From: a virus
Lineage: Duplodnaviria > Heunggongvirae > Uroviricota > Caudoviricetes
Length of the DNA: 64,000 bases
Strand: one strand, 5' to 3'
Virus record (IMG/VR): IMGVR_UViG_2565956614_000003
Shown: piece after piece, positions 31,545-42,035 of the stretch
Position numbering within the stretch: the first letter of the stretch is position 1
Layout: every line of letters begins with the position of its first letter
Notes under the pieces: model-generated
Databases searched by the model: none
What the model was told of the DNA's origin: nothing
The model's input: only the letters and a program-made list of their open reading frames with translations
Made by a program: the position numbers and the translations under genes

Positions 31545-32396
31545 ATGATAAATTATGTCTACGGCGAACAACTGTACCAGGAGTTCGTCAGCTTCAGGGA
31601 TCTCTTTCTAAAAAAAGCTGTTGCACGCGCCCAACACGTTGATACAGCCAGCGACGGTCGTCCTGTACGCCCGGTTGTCGTTCTACCGTTCAAAGAAACT
31701 GACAGCATTCAGGCTGAAATTGATAAATGGACTTTAATGGCGCGGGAACTGGAACAGTACCCAGACCTCAATATCCCAAAGACTATTTTATATCCAGTGC
31801 CTAACATCCTTCGCGGTGTGCGCAAGGTTACAACTTATCAGACAGAAGCTGTGAACAGCGTCAACATGACCGCTGGCCGCATTATTCATCTGATTGATAA
31901 GGACATTCGCATCCAAAAAAGCGCGGGGATCAATGAGCACAGTGCGAAATACATAGAGAACCTGGAAGCAACAAAAGAGCTAATGAGGCAGTACCCGGAG
32001 GATGAAAAATTCCGTATGCGCGTACACGGCTTTAGCGAAACAATGCTGCGCGTCCACTACATTTCCAGTAGCCCTAACTACAATGATGGTAAATCAGTTA
32101 GTTACCATGTGCCACTGTGTGGCGTGTTTATCTGCGATGAAACTCTCCGTGATGGAATTATCATCAACGGTGAATTCGAAAAAGCAAAATTTAGCCTTTA
32201 TGACTCCATAGAACCGATCATCTGCGACCGCTGGCCGCAAGCAAAAATATATCGCCTGGCAGATATTGAAAATGTAAAAAAACAAATTGCCATCACTCGC
32301 GAAGAGAAAAAGGTTAAGTCAGCCGCATCAGTTACGCGCAGCCGTAAAACCAAGAAGGGGCAGCCAGTAAACTACAACCCCGAAAGCGCGCAATAA
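31545..32396 (+). CDS. c1: C1 primary immunity repressor
   Basis: 283 aa; position in the cre - operators - coi - c1 arrangement; C1-type operator 17-mers across the window. Confidence 0.85.
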   Translation: MINYVYGEQLYQEFVSFRDLFLKKAVARAQHVDTASDGRPVRPVVVLPFKETDSIQAEIDKWTLMARELEQYPDLNIPKTILYPVPNILRGVRKVTTYQTEAVNSVNMTAGRIIHLIDKDIRIQKSAGINEHSAKYIENLEATKELMRQYPEDEKFRMRVHGFSETMLRVHYISSSPNYNDGKSVSYHVPLCGVFICDETLRDGIIINGEFEKAKFSLYDSIEPIICDRWPQAKIYRLADIENVKKQIAITREEKKVKSAASVTRSRKTKKGQPVNYNPESAQ

Positions 32397-32425
32397 ATTA
32401 TGCCCGGCATCAACCGGGCATTCTT
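32395..32425. terminator. Bidirectional terminator-like hairpin between converging c1 and antirepressor-like gene (tgcccgg-catcaa-ccgggca)
   Basis: 7-bp stem with A-rich 5' and T-rich 3' flanks in a 32-bp convergent gap. Confidence 0.5.
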
Positions 32426-32428
32426 CCA

Positions 32429-33544
32429 TTATTCAGCTGCCACCGGTTTTAACAAGCCAGCATCGAGCAGTTTACGCGTCAACCACTGCTGGCCTTTACC
32501 CGTTAATTGAGGCGTCAACCGTATCTGGTAGCCATCTTCATCATCCAGCACCACTTCTTTCACCGTGAAATACCCCGCGTTGATGTACTGCTGGAACGGC
32601 ACATTTTTACGTCCACCGGACGCTATCAGGATGCCGTTCTCCCGTAACCAGACAAACAGCGCGTTTTGCTTAAGTCCAACAACCTTTGCAAAATTCCCAA
32701 TCAGGATCCCTTTAGCTACTGATACCCGGTCGGCAAAATCGACTTTAGGAGCGGCGGCCACCAGCTGCTGATTTAGCTGGTGGGCTTTCTGTTCCAGAAG
32801 CTGCTTTTGTTCAGCCAGTTCGGCAGCCAGGCGCAGAGCTTCTGGAAGCGTCTGGGGGATTGCAACCGGTTGCTGTTCTTTTTGCCGGAAGTAGCTGTCT
32901 TCCAGTTTTTCAAAGAATGCCCATGCCTGATCGGTTTCGAGCATTTTAGCGTGGCGGGCTGCGCCGCGTTCCGTCCAGAGGATGAGTGAGCGGGCTTTAG
33001 GAGAGATAGGATTTTGTGAGTTACTTAAAGTCACCCGCAAATTGTTCAAATCATCTCCAATAACTTTATAGAAATGCTTGCCTTCACAAAAACGTTCAGC
33101 ATTACGGGAAAAGTTCTTCTTGATGTTATCCGCATCTGTCCCATACCCCTTAGCAAGGATCTTAGTTGTCACTACACGCACTCCCTGCCACTCTAGAACG
33201 GGAATTTCATCCGGCTGACTTTGAACAACCACCAGTTCTGATTCCTGAACTAAAGGTGTATTAATTTTTTCAGATTTAACGTTAGTAGCTTTCATTCTGT
33301 GTGCCTCCTTGCGTGTTTCGGCTGCGACGGTTGCGTAATTCAGATGCCCCTGTTCGAGCAGGTATTCACGGATATCAGACAGCAGGATACGGTGAACAGC
33401 GTTCTTGTCCTTTCTCCGGTAAAGTTGTTTGGTGATCATGAAGTAGTTGGCAATAACGCCTGGTATATCCCTGGTACTGATACAGGCAGTGTGCTGTTCA
33501 ATTGCCTCGATCATCTCTTCACGGGTGACTAATGACGTTCTCAT
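32429..33544 (-). CDS. Antirepressor-like protein (ORF6N-like central domain plus C-terminal KilAC/Ant domain)
   Basis: 371 aa; central LEWQGVRVVTTKILAKGYG...FCEGKHFYKV and C-terminal DFADRVSVAKGILIGNFAKVVGLKQNALFVWLRENGIL typical of phage antirepressors; strong RBS aggaggg. Confidence 0.6.
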   Translation of the reverse strand: MRTSLVTREEMIEAIEQHTACISTRDIPGVIANYFMITKQLYRRKDKNAVHRILLSDIREYLLEQGHLNYATVAAETRKEAHRMKATNVKSEKINTPLVQESELVVVQSQPDEIPVLEWQGVRVVTTKILAKGYGTDADNIKKNFSRNAERFCEGKHFYKVIGDDLNNLRVTLSNSQNPISPKARSLILWTERGAARHAKMLETDQAWAFFEKLEDSYFRQKEQQPVAIPQTLPEALRLAAELAEQKQLLEQKAHQLNQQLVAAAPKVDFADRVSVAKGILIGNFAKVVGLKQNALFVWLRENGILIASGGRKNVPFQQYINAGYFTVKEVVLDDEDGYQIRLTPQLTGKGQQWLTRKLLDAGLLKPVAAE

Positions 33545-33926
33545 AGTCCCTCCTGAGCAGAAGCGTTAACAGGGAGGCACCAGTAACTGAGAGAATTGCG
33601 TGAATCAGTGGAAAAACGGGCAGAGAAAATACATGGGGCGTCAGGAAGCTGAGAGCGGGCCTCATCTTCTGTCGGTGCAATAACGAAGTGATAGTGACGT
33701 TTTTGGCAGGAGTAAAAGCGCCAGATAAATTCAGGATGAGTTGGGGTAGGGATAGTAGCCATATTGGCAGCCTCCTTAGACGTTGGTATGTAACCACCGC
33801 AGAAGAGACCAATCTTGCTGGCGGTGGACTGTACGGAGTTGGCCTTACTGGCGTCCAAGGTAACCAGCCTACCCGAAGGTAGCCCCATACAGCCCACCAT
33901 TGTAGAGGTGTGCGTGTACGCCGATA

Positions 33927-33950
33927 CAAAAAAAGACGCGAGCGGCGTCT
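33927..33950 (-). terminator. Rho-independent terminator on minus strand about 150 bp downstream of pacB (agacgc-cgctc-gcgtct + T7)
   Basis: 6-bp stem, 5-nt loop, T7 on minus strand; flanked by additional cgatac/gtatcg complementarity. Confidence 0.5.
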
Positions 33951-34080
33951 GTATCGCCTTAGACTTAAGCGGGAGGCCAATCCCGGCACCCGTTTTAATG
34001 AGGTGCCTGATAAGCATAAACCGAAAATGCCTCAAGGCGCAAGAGGTCAGGTTCAATGTAACATCGGCAGTTAAAAAACA

Positions 34081-34097
34081 CAATTTATTAGAGCAAA
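34081..34097 (-). promoter_or_regulatory. C1 operator-like site (15/17) immediately downstream of pacB stop
   Basis: caatttattagagcaaa. Confidence 0.5.
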
Positions 34098-34100
34098 TAT

Positions 34101-35585
34101 TCATTCATTAAGCCATGCCAGAGCTTCATCAACCTGCGCTTCGTCTTCGACGCTAAGCACTTCATCCTGGGGAACATAATCCGCCAGCATAGCGAAACAA
34201 TATGTATCCCAATGGTCTGGTGAGTGCAGGTTGATTTTTTTCTTCATATCCTCCTTACTCATCACCTTCCATTGACCTGCGGAGTTAATCCCTACAGGGA
34301 TTTTCGACGCTTCCTCAATAGTTTCATTACCCTTATCCAGTCTCATACGACCAGATTTTACGGCCTCTGCGGCTTGAACGTTGGCATAAGCACGTTTATC
34401 AAAGTACAGGCTCTTATCTTCACGGCTATGCATCTTTTTACCCCAGCGTATACGCTGTACGGTAATACCATAATACTCGTACATCAGATCCGCCGTTGCT
34501 TTACCCAGCCCATCGCCGTCTATCGCTATGGTGATATTTGGGAATCGCTCAGGATTACATTCTGCGAAAATTTTGGCGGCAAGCTGCGTTTCTGTAACGT
34601 CTGTGTATTCCAGCATTCGATAGTTGATTACACGGCGTTTATTTCGCTGGCCGGACACCATCATGATATTGATAACGGACTTATCCCGTCCCGTACCACC
34701 AGCAACGTCCACACATGCAAGCCAGCCCCATCCTTTTGCAATCTTGACTTTCCGCCGCGTTGCACGTTCAACCTCATCACGCCCAAGAAGGAAGCCATCC
34801 TGTGATTTAGGGAATAGGCCGCGTACCTTAATCATGTACATAGGGTTATCACGCCCGCCGTACTCCGCCAGCTTCATTTTGATAAATGCTGGCGTTACCA
34901 GCGGTGATTCCTCACTGTTAAGCGTGATCGCCGTATAAACGCCATCAGGGTTACCAGGACGCTTGGCCAGTTTATGGTGAGTATCGTAGAAATAGCCGCT
35001 TGGGCGTGTAGGCTGTGACAGTAATAAGATGCGGTTATCCTGTCCGGTAAGAGCACCGGTGATGATACCGAAAGCTCTATCACTGACACCGGAGGCTTCA
35101 TCGATAATATACAGAAGATGATCTGCGTGTTCACCGGCGAGAGCTTCTTCACTTCCCAGACGAAAGCCCTTCGGTACTACAGTCCATACACCTTTACCAG
35201 TAACCTCATAGAAAGCGGTTTCTGTCAGAACAAAATAATCAGCAAGCCATGGAAAACGGCTGGTGGCAGTAGCCCAGTTTATCTTGATGTACTTGAATAT
35301 ACCGGTCATTACCTGCTGAATTTTGTTCGCAACGATAATGGCGCGGGCACCGGGATACATGATTATGAACAACATGATCATGATAGAAGTCATGTCTGAT
35401 TTCCCGGTACCGTGACCAGACGAAACAGATGTCTTGCTACCCTGTTCCTGCACAGACTCAATAATCAGATCCTGCTGCCAGGTAGGTGTTTTGCCGAACA
35501 AAACATCAGCGGCCGCAATCCAGTCATAACGATATAGCGCCACCAGCTCGCGCCAACGTGGATCCGTTACGCAACTTCTGGCCAT
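34101..35585 (-). CDS. pacB: PacB, terminase large subunit
   Basis: 494 aa; ATPase/nuclease-type terminase organisation; start overlaps pacA stop; synteny with P1 pacA-pacB. Confidence 0.85.
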   Translation of the reverse strand: MARSCVTDPRWRELVALYRYDWIAAADVLFGKTPTWQQDLIIESVQEQGSKTSVSSGHGTGKSDMTSIMIMLFIIMYPGARAIIVANKIQQVMTGIFKYIKINWATATSRFPWLADYFVLTETAFYEVTGKGVWTVVPKGFRLGSEEALAGEHADHLLYIIDEASGVSDRAFGIITGALTGQDNRILLLSQPTRPSGYFYDTHHKLAKRPGNPDGVYTAITLNSEESPLVTPAFIKMKLAEYGGRDNPMYMIKVRGLFPKSQDGFLLGRDEVERATRRKVKIAKGWGWLACVDVAGGTGRDKSVINIMMVSGQRNKRRVINYRMLEYTDVTETQLAAKIFAECNPERFPNITIAIDGDGLGKATADLMYEYYGITVQRIRWGKKMHSREDKSLYFDKRAYANVQAAEAVKSGRMRLDKGNETIEEASKIPVGINSAGQWKVMSKEDMKKKINLHSPDHWDTYCFAMLADYVPQDEVLSVEDEAQVDEALAWLNE

Positions 35586-36778
35586 TAATCATCATCCCCG
35601 TATAGCTTGCGGGTAACTTCTTCGTCTTCCTCCTCGTCTTCGTCCAGGTCTTGTTCCAGCCATGGTTCGTTTGATACACCTTCAGTATCAACATCTCCAT
35701 AACCGCCTGTATCAACGATATCGGCGATTTCTTCCCTACGTTGCTCAATCCACAATGCGGCATCGGCGCGGCGGTTGGCGGCCCGTTCTCGCGCAACTTT
35801 GTCCAGATCTTCAAGAGAAGGGCCACCGACGGCAGTTTGCCTTTCCTCATCATCGGTATTGGTCTTAGGAGCACGCAGATCGGCTTTGATTTGCTCCAGC
35901 ATCAGGGGCGGCACTTTCCCGCCATGCGCCTCGATGAATTCAGCTGCTTCCAGCACTGACCAGTTATTTTCACGCTTTCGTTCGTATGCCAGCTTAACAA
36001 TGCCAGCTTGCCCCATAGACAAAGCGTGCTTTTCCGCCTCCCGGCTTTCTTTTCGATAGTTATTCCGGATGCTGTAAATGGTGTTGATCAGGCTGCTTAT
36101 CTGCGCGGAACAGCTGTTTAGCATGCTCGCGATACGGTATTCAGGCGGAGTACCTTCATCATCTTCTTTTTGCTGATCGCGCATTTCCTGAACCAAGCGA
36201 ATACACGTATCCCTGGCGTTCTCCAGCATAAGGAGATGAGAGAGAGACTTTTCCAGAAGAGTGGTTTCCAGAACATCAGCCCCGGACCGACGCAACATAG
36301 CGCGCGCGGCCTTCCGCGCTTCAACGTTATCTATCAGGTAATCGCCAGCTTCGAATTCAAAGCGTTCACCATCATCATCCAGGGTGTCGCGTTCCAGGCG
36401 ATCACGTAAGGTCCGGTGGGCGCGGGTGATCACGTCATGATCATCAGAACGATCATTTATGCGCTTATTCTGGCGCTTCGCGTTCTCGACTGCGGCACTG
36501 ACAACAGCATTAACTCTTTGTTTTTCAGCCATTTCAGCCACAATGTGATCACCTGCACGTTGATCATTAGCGTGATCAATGATCATGCTTTTTAGTGGTT
36601 TTCTGACAGGCTTATTTGGCTTACGGCTGTCCGCTGTTCCGGTGTCTTCTTTGAATGCACGGAGATAACGACGTGCGGTGTTTGGGTTGAGATTAAACTC
36701 GGCGGCATATTGTGCGATGGTGTAACCACCATCTCGCGCCAGGCGAGCAAAATTCTTCTTGTGATCGTCCCAGGTCAC
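35585..36778 (-). CDS. pacA: PacA, terminase small/pac-recognition subunit (contains pac site)
   Basis: 397 aa; N-terminal HTH-like region, acidic C-terminus; pac hexamer clusters lie in its 5' part. Confidence 0.85.
   Translation of the reverse strand: MTWDDHKKNFARLARDGGYTIAQYAAEFNLNPNTARRYLRAFKEDTGTADSRKPNKPVRKPLKSMIIDHANDQRAGDHIVAEMAEKQRVNAVVSAAVENAKRQNKRINDRSDDHDVITRAHRTLRDRLERDTLDDDGERFEFEAGDYLIDNVEARKAARAMLRRSGADVLETTLLEKSLSHLLMLENARDTCIRLVQEMRDQQKEDDEGTPPEYRIASMLNSCSAQISSLINTIYSIRNNYRKESREAEKHALSMGQAGIVKLAYERKRENNWSVLEAAEFIEAHGGKVPPLMLEQIKADLRAPKTNTDDEERQTAVGGPSLEDLDKVARERAANRRADAALWIEQRREEIADIVDTGGYGDVDTEGVSNEPWLEQDLDEDEEEDEEVTRKLYGDDD
36426..36585. other. pac packaging site: two clusters of TGATCA/GATC hexamers (3 + 4) about 110 bp apart within pacA
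   Basis: Hexamers at 36426, 36437, 36449 and 36546, 36561, 36573, 36580; each carries a Dam GATC. Confidence 0.75.
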
Positions 36779-36814
36779 TTATGCTTCCTTTCGTATAAAA
36801 CTCTTTTTGACGCG

Positions 36815-36836
36815 AGGGTAACGAAAGTCACATGTC
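36815..36836 (-). promoter_or_regulatory. Late-promoter-like element (gacatgtga-N7-taccct) upstream of pacA
   Basis: 7/9 9-mer, 7-bp spacer, TANNNT. Confidence 0.35.
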
Positions 36837-36864
36837 AAAAGGCCCGGAACGGGCAAGCAATCAA

Positions 36865-37317
36865 TCAGATACGTGCGGATGTGGCATTACCGTAATGACG
36901 GTGCTGACGGACCACCTTATTGAAAAGTTGACGCGCCATCACCCAAGGCTGGTGCTCCCGGCGTTCCTTTTCGTCCTGCGTCATATAGAGTTCGTTCTGG
37001 AGTTTTTCATCAAACCGGCGCGGAGCGCGGCTGCGGCGAAAGAATTCAGGATTCAGAGAGTGGATCTGAAATCTACGTGGGCGTGTACTGTCATCAATCA
37101 AAACAGACGAATACTTAGACACAGCGATAGCCTTTAAGCGCAGATAAACATCGCGCTTATCGACATCCAGATGCGGGTATTCCTTTTCAAGAATTGCTGC
37201 GAGCTCTTTCGCTGATAGAAGAGATTTAGTGCGGATCATGTAATCCGCAATCTCGTACGATGTTATTCGTGAGTGATTTATTTCCATGAAGTGGCGTCCC
37301 TGCCAGTTAAGTAACAT
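36865..37317 (-). CDS. lpa: Lpa-like late promoter activator
   Basis: 150 aa basic protein directly upstream of pacA; C1 operator-like site about 70 bp upstream; synteny. Confidence 0.6.
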   Translation of the reverse strand: MLLNWQGRHFMEINHSRITSYEIADYMIRTKSLLSAKELAAILEKEYPHLDVDKRDVYLRLKAIAVSKYSSVLIDDSTRPRRFQIHSLNPEFFRRSRAPRRFDEKLQNELYMTQDEKERREHQPWVMARQLFNKVVRQHRHYGNATSARI

Positions 37318-37387
37318 CCTGTCACCTACTGATTAGCCCATGTCAACTAATCAACGTGGAATATAATACCCTCGATTAAAGAAATAG

Positions 37388-37404
37388 CAATACATTAGAG
37401 CAAT
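37388..37404 (-). promoter_or_regulatory. C1 operator-like site (14/17) upstream of lpa
   Basis: caatacattagagcaat. Confidence 0.45.
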
Positions 37405-37405
37405 T

Positions 37406-38449
37406 TTATCTAACGCTCGACGAGTGACTTGTGATAGCGCCGACTCCAAGCGCGTAATCAAAGAACAATCGTTGATGCATCGCCAGCCTACCGTGCGTCT
37501 TCTCCCAATTATCGCGGTCACGCTCAATATCACGCTGGCATGACTGGCACAGAGGAATAGCATAAATGTCATGCGCGCATAATCGACTATGACGAACGAT
37601 ATAAGGCGTAATGTGAGCGCCAGCTCCCGCAGCTCCACAGCCACAGCATGGACGGGAAGCCACAAAGTCCATGTACTCGGGCAATTTTAGCGATTGAAGT
37701 TTTGGTATTTTGAAATGCGCCATACCTGGGTCGGAGTCAACATCCACAGGGCATACTTTTGCACGCATCGGCGCGGCGCGTTCTTCCATCATCTGAACAT
37801 ATGCTGTAGCGCGATCGTCATACGGGCGAATATCCGCCTCTTTCAGAGGTCCGCTATCCTGCGGAGTAGCCTTCATCTTATTTATTGATATGCGGCAGAC
37901 TTCTTCCGGCATCAGGTGCATCATGTTGCGCATGAAAGCCCACCAGCACAGCTCCTGAATACTTAAATCATGGCTATTTGAAAGGCCCATTTCCTGACGG
38001 GCGACATCCAGTATCCAGTTAACGCGATTATTGTGCAGCGTTTCTTTCAGCTCATTAAAACCACGCATCCGGTAATGGTTATCGTGATGCCAGCACAACA
38101 ACACCGCGCTATTGTCTCGTTCAGCGTGGACAATATGGTTGTCACACCAACTACGATCTGCGGCCTGGCATTGACCCTCTTTCCTACGCAACCACGCCAC
38201 CAGCGCGTCAATTCCACCAATACGGCGAAACAGTTCATCGCTGTTAAAAAACGGCTGCAACGCCTCATTTGTTGCCATGGTTTGCTCGGTAACAACGAGG
38301 CCGTCTTCCATGTGCTCGATTAACTCACGCGGCACCGGCTCCATGATAAATTTACGGCCAGCCTCCACCAGTTTTCTGACCTCCTGATCCACTTTGAACG
38401 TGGCGAGGCCAAGCTCTTTTTGTACAAAGGGAGTAATTACGGCTTTCAC
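37406..38449 (-). CDS. pdcB: PdcB-like protein (post-doc), Cys-rich C-terminus
   Basis: 347 aa; C-terminal CCGCG...CxxC cluster; position downstream of doc. Confidence 0.5.
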   Translation of the reverse strand: MKAVITPFVQKELGLATFKVDQEVRKLVEAGRKFIMEPVPRELIEHMEDGLVVTEQTMATNEALQPFFNSDELFRRIGGIDALVAWLRRKEGQCQAADRSWCDNHIVHAERDNSAVLLCWHHDNHYRMRGFNELKETLHNNRVNWILDVARQEMGLSNSHDLSIQELCWWAFMRNMMHLMPEEVCRISINKMKATPQDSGPLKEADIRPYDDRATAYVQMMEERAAPMRAKVCPVDVDSDPGMAHFKIPKLQSLKLPEYMDFVASRPCCGCGAAGAGAHITPYIVRHSRLCAHDIYAIPLCQSCQRDIERDRDNWEKTHGRLAMHQRLFFDYALGVGAITSHSSSVR

Positions 38450-38476
38450 ATCACACCTTTCATCACTGATTGGGCT

Positions 38477-38677
38477 TTATCTGCTGCCCGGCATTCTCTG
38501 TTTAAGCACAACCATTTCCTGACGGCATAACACAGCAATAGCGGTCCTGACTCCAATTTGCTTACCAACCAGGTATTGCTTTACCTTGCGGCGACTCACG
38601 CCATCAAGAAGCATCTTTAACGCTTCAAGGGACAATTTGTTGTATTTGCGTGCCATTAATCTACTCCGCAGAACCAT
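38477..38677 (-). CDS. pdcA: PdcA-like small protein
   Basis: 66 aa basic protein between doc and pdcB; overlaps doc 3' end. Confidence 0.4.
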   Translation of the reverse strand: MVLRSRLMARKYNKLSLEALKMLLDGVSRRKVKQYLVGKQIGVRTAIAVLCRQEMVVLKQRMPGSR

Positions 38678-39041
38678 ACAATCTACGTAACGTGTCGGCG
38701 ACAGAAGATACAGATATCTCGCCAGTCGCAGCGCCTACAGTAAGGTCTGCCAGTTCAGGTGAATCAAATACCTGCACCCCGTTACGGCGTAGAAATAGCA
38801 GCGCACTGTTTAGCGCGGTACGCTTATTGGCATCATTGAATATATGCCCTCTCGCTGTAGCCACCAGGTAGGTGGCGGAGACTTCGAAAAGGTCGGTGAT
38901 CTCTTCGTAGGCAACTCTGGCCTGAACTCTCCCGATAATGGCCTCTGCCCTACCCGGATCTGACATGCCAGGCAGGCCGCCGTAGCGGCTTATATTCGCA
39001 TCATGAAGCGCAACAAGTTCTTCCGGTGATATATGTCTCAT
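38661..39041 (-). CDS. doc: Doc toxin (Fic-fold kinase)
   Basis: 126 aa; [25 protein letters not shown]...[13 protein letters not shown] Fic-like motif; start overlaps phd stop. Confidence 0.95.
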   Translation of the reverse strand: MRHISPEELVALHDANISRYGGLPGMSDPGRAEAIIGRVQARVAYEEITDLFEVSATYLVATARGHIFNDANKRTALNSALLFLRRNGVQVFDSPELADLTVGAATGEISVSSVADTLRRLYGSAE

Positions 39042-39262
39042 TATCGGTTAACCAGTTCCTTGTTGGTGGAGTCCAGGGTGTCAAACAGGGATGCAAATTC
39101 AGCATCCAGCGCCGCTTTTTTGTAGGCTTCGAAAGTAGCCTTGCTGACAATTACTGCTGGCTCACGGCCTCTGCGGGTGATTTCAACCTCTTCCCCGGCT
39201 TCAACATTGTTGAGCACTTCAGAAAGGTTGCCACGCGCGGTACGGAAGTTAATGGATTGCAT
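39041..39262 (-). CDS. phd: Phd antitoxin
   Basis: 73 aa from [49 protein letters not shown]...; longest ORF adds 2 codons. Confidence 0.95.
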   Translation of the reverse strand: MQSINFRTARGNLSEVLNNVEAGEEVEITRRGREPAVIVSKATFEAYKKAALDAEFASLFDTLDSTNKELVNR

Positions 39263-39334
39263 AAACACCTCGTGTACTCGTTATGTGTACACAATTATAA
39301 ACTTCACAGGCATAAAGCACCAGCACTTTGCAGC

Positions 39335-39724
39335 TTAAATAACCGGACAATCATCAAATTCCCCACTTCGGGCATCATTGATGACATGAGTGATCACACC
39401 AAAAACAGCATTACTGCCCGTGTATCCATCGTCATCTACTGATAACGCCTCTTTCTTCCCGGTGCTTAAGTCCTCCAGGTGCTGGCGCGGATACTTCCTG
39501 TATCTCTTTATGCGATATTCACCCTCCATAGCGCACACAAGCAGAGAACCATCAACCGGAGTAAGCGAGGAATCAACCACCAGCAAAGCACCCTGCAATA
39601 TTCCCTCACGGTGATGGCTATCAGCTGCCCGCATGAAGTAGGTCGCTGAAGGATGTCTAATTATCTGCTGATCAAGAGAAATTCGGCTTTCAACATAATC
39701 CGCCGCAGGAGAAGGGAAGCCCAT
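39335..39724 (-). CDS. humD: HumD, UmuD-prime homologue (S24 LexA-like peptidase fold)
   Basis: 129 aa; GFPSPAADYVE...SM..GI..GDLLVVD resembles UmuD. Confidence 0.85.
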   Translation of the reverse strand: MGFPSPAADYVESRISLDQQIIRHPSATYFMRAADSHHREGILQGALLVVDSSLTPVDGSLLVCAMEGEYRIKRYRKYPRQHLEDLSTGKKEALSVDDDGYTGSNAVFGVITHVINDARSGEFDDCPVI

Positions 39725-39847
39725 AGCGTTTTACCTCAATGATACTGTTTATTCATACAGTATACATTGAAAAGGCATAGTTTGTGAAAGCGGGGTTTGT
39801 AGGCGCGCCACGCTGGGGGCTAATCACATTTCTCCCCCATCTTGCCG

Positions 39848-40099
39848 TTATTTTTTTGGTGCATCCTCGTTCTGATACACCGGATCGCTCCCTTTTGGCA
39901 ACTGGAGGCTTAACTGCCGGTAGTGCCGTAGCCGTTCCATGAAATAGGCGCGCAGGTTTTCCGGTTGCTCACGGGCCACCTGCTCTGCAATCACAGGTAT
40001 ATTCAGCCGTTCTTTGTAAGCAACGCCGCTGGCGGCAAGGTCTACGTTCACCTTGTCTCGCTCTTCCTGGCTTTTAGCTGCTATATTTCGATCTGACAC
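39848..40099 (-). CDS. hot: Hot, homologue of DNA polymerase III theta subunit (HolE)
   Basis: 83 aa; [43 protein letters not shown] aligns with E. coli HolE. Confidence 0.8.
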   Translation of the reverse strand: MSDRNIAAKSQEERDKVNVDLAASGVAYKERLNIPVIAEQVAREQPENLRAYFMERLRHYRQLSLQLPKGSDPVYQNEDAPKK

Positions 40100-40131
40100 A
40101 AGAAACCTCCAGGAGTTAGTGGATCAGGCAC

Positions 40132-40482
40132 ATGCACAATAACGTTCTCAATGTTAGCCGTTCAATTCAGACAATCAGAGACTGCACCAGTGTGGTGGCA
40201 TCAATCCCATTGCGGAACAGCATAGACGAACTGCAAATTCGTGTATTGAATCCGAATCAGGCTAATAAGCAATTGCGCTTTATTTTGACGCTGAAAAGTG
40301 AAACAGAGGGGATAAAGCACAGCGTAAAAGTGTTTTCTGAGGCCATTCTGCTTAATGGGAAGCTCCGGCATCTGGTAAGGCCAGAACGTCAATATCCTGA
40401 CGTCCTGGCGCGTGAAAAAGACCTTCTTTCTGAAGTTCAGGATAGGGTGATCGATTTCGTCAAATGCTATCCCCTGCATTGA
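40132..40482 (+). CDS. Hypothetical protein (only + strand ORF in this block)
   Basis: 116 aa, protein-like composition; weak RBS. Confidence 0.3.
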   Translation: MHNNVLNVSRSIQTIRDCTSVVASIPLRNSIDELQIRVLNPNQANKQLRFILTLKSETEGIKHSVKVFSEAILLNGKLRHLVRPERQYPDVLAREKDLLSEVQDRVIDFVKCYPLH

Positions 40483-40751
40483 GGGCAGGTGTTCCCTTCC
40501 GCAAAGTAGGGAAAATTGCTATCAAGTTCATCACACCATCTGCGTTGGTCGTAGCACCAAAACGCCTCCCACGGTGCACGGAAATACTTCATCCACCAGG
40601 ACACTCGATCAGGTATATCTGCTGGTGGCAGTTCTTCTGGCAATAATTTGCCTGATAATTCCCTTTCCGCCCGCGACAGCATTTTTTTGAGGCTCGCGTT
40701 CTCTTTTTCAAGCTCATCTACGCGCACCTGTAATTCAGCTTTCGTTGGCAT
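40467..40751 (-). CDS. Hypothetical small protein (start MPTKAELQ preferred; longest ORF to 40832)
   Basis: Coiled-coil N-terminus, Cys-rich C-terminus (CPQCRG). Confidence 0.4.
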   Translation of the reverse strand: MPTKAELQVRVDELEKENASLKKMLSRAERELSGKLLPEELPPADIPDRVSWWMKYFRAPWEAFWCYDQRRWCDELDSNFPYFAEGNTCPQCRG

Positions 40752-41673
40752 GGTCCACCTCATGCTTTTCAGCCACCAGCGGCAATAAAGCCCTGGCCAT
40801 CTTATGAACCAATAGTGCATCAATAATGCCAAGCGTATGCCCCGGCTTAATGTTTAATGCCGCCTCAAGGTGACACCTTTCCAGGTCACTTTTCTCGGCT
40901 TGTTTATGATGATCTGGTGTAATAACGTCGCCCAAAACACGGCTAATTCTTTCTCGTAATTGCTGGGTGCCAGCACACTTGATCGCTGTATCGTGGAGAC
41001 GGTTAACCAGTTCGCGATAAACATGCGGCTTAATGCGGATACGTTCACCGGTGACGCCCTTTCCTGGCGCTGGCACCGAACTATCCGGAATATCCGGATA
41101 GTTGCCAGCCTCGTAAGCTACCCACAGCCAGTGCATGAATGTTTCAGTGGACACACAACCACAGTCCACATCGATTTTCCCGCGTTGCTGTTCCAGCCAT
41201 TGCCCAAAATCCAACCTGTAAGTCTTACTTTCAAGTTCATCACCATTGAACTCGACTTTCTGCGACGCTATGAGAGCTGATTCGTATTGTTCGCGAGTGA
41301 CAACTGACTGGTATTCATCGCTATCAAGGCCACCAATTGGAAGCTCAATCTCACAACAAAAATTGCGCCCAAAGAAAGTGTCTTTTTTGTGGTCTGAGCC
41401 AAAAGCAAAAGTCGCGCATGGTGCCATTAAATTGACACTGGGTAGGTAACAATAACTCATTCCATCAGGCCACCCGCCGCACTTAGGCAGCTCCTTCACT
41501 AACAAGTCGATAAGCTTCATTTTTTTATCATCTTTGCAAGCCGCCAAAGCCATTTGGGCAAGTGCCAATACTTCATCTGCCGTATATCCAGCACCGTGAC
41601 CATACATTTCGATACGGGAAATAATCTCTGATATACGCTCTTCAGTGATTCTGGTCATTTCTTTTTGCGCCAT
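40735..41673 (-). CDS. Hypothetical protein
   Basis: 312 aa, protein-like composition, tightly packed in minus-strand operon. Confidence 0.55.
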   Translation of the reverse strand: MAQKEMTRITEERISEIISRIEMYGHGAGYTADEVLALAQMALAACKDDKKMKLIDLLVKELPKCGGWPDGMSYCYLPSVNLMAPCATFAFGSDHKKDTFFGRNFCCEIELPIGGLDSDEYQSVVTREQYESALIASQKVEFNGDELESKTYRLDFGQWLEQQRGKIDVDCGCVSTETFMHWLWVAYEAGNYPDIPDSSVPAPGKGVTGERIRIKPHVYRELVNRLHDTAIKCAGTQQLRERISRVLGDVITPDHHKQAEKSDLERCHLEAALNIKPGHTLGIIDALLVHKMARALLPLVAEKHEVDHANES

Positions 41674-42029
41674 TTCTTTTCACATTCCTTAGTCCATTTT
41701 TCAATGTTCATTTTGGCAATATCGGTCATTCCATCACCTAAGAAATACTTTCTCCGGTATGTCTTGCACTTAAACCACACTACAACAGCCACCAGCCAGA
41801 AAATAAAAGGCCATACAGCAATACCAACGACTGCCGCGATAAAGCTCAATATCCATAAATGAAGCTCTCCAACTTCTGTTTCCGGCAATATTCTTAAAGA
41901 ATTAAACAGTAGGCTGAACGCATGGTCGTATGCATTGGCAGTATAAGACATGCAATCCATATAATTAAAGTCATAGCCTGCGGCTGCCGCCCATAATGGG
42001 CGGTCAAGAAAATGTTTTAGTGTCATCAT
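41655..42029 (-). CDS. Hypothetical membrane protein
   Basis: 124 aa with two hydrophobic helices and Lys-rich C-terminus. Confidence 0.5.
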   Translation of the reverse strand: MMTLKHFLDRPLWAAAAGYDFNYMDCMSYTANAYDHAFSLLFNSLRILPETEVGELHLWILSFIAAVVGIAVWPFIFWLVAVVVWFKCKTYRRKYFLGDGMTDIAKMNIEKWTKECEKKWRKKK

Positions 42030-42035
42030 ATAAAT

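Noticed and set aside
33519-34104. Two long overlapping minus-strand ORFs (156 aa and 187 aa) in the leader between pacB and the antirepressor-like gene
   Set aside because: Junk-like composition (Ser/Leu/Arg/Pro-rich), overlap each other in different frames, contain a terminator hairpin and an operator; treated as non-coding leader (possible regulatory RNA), not CDS.
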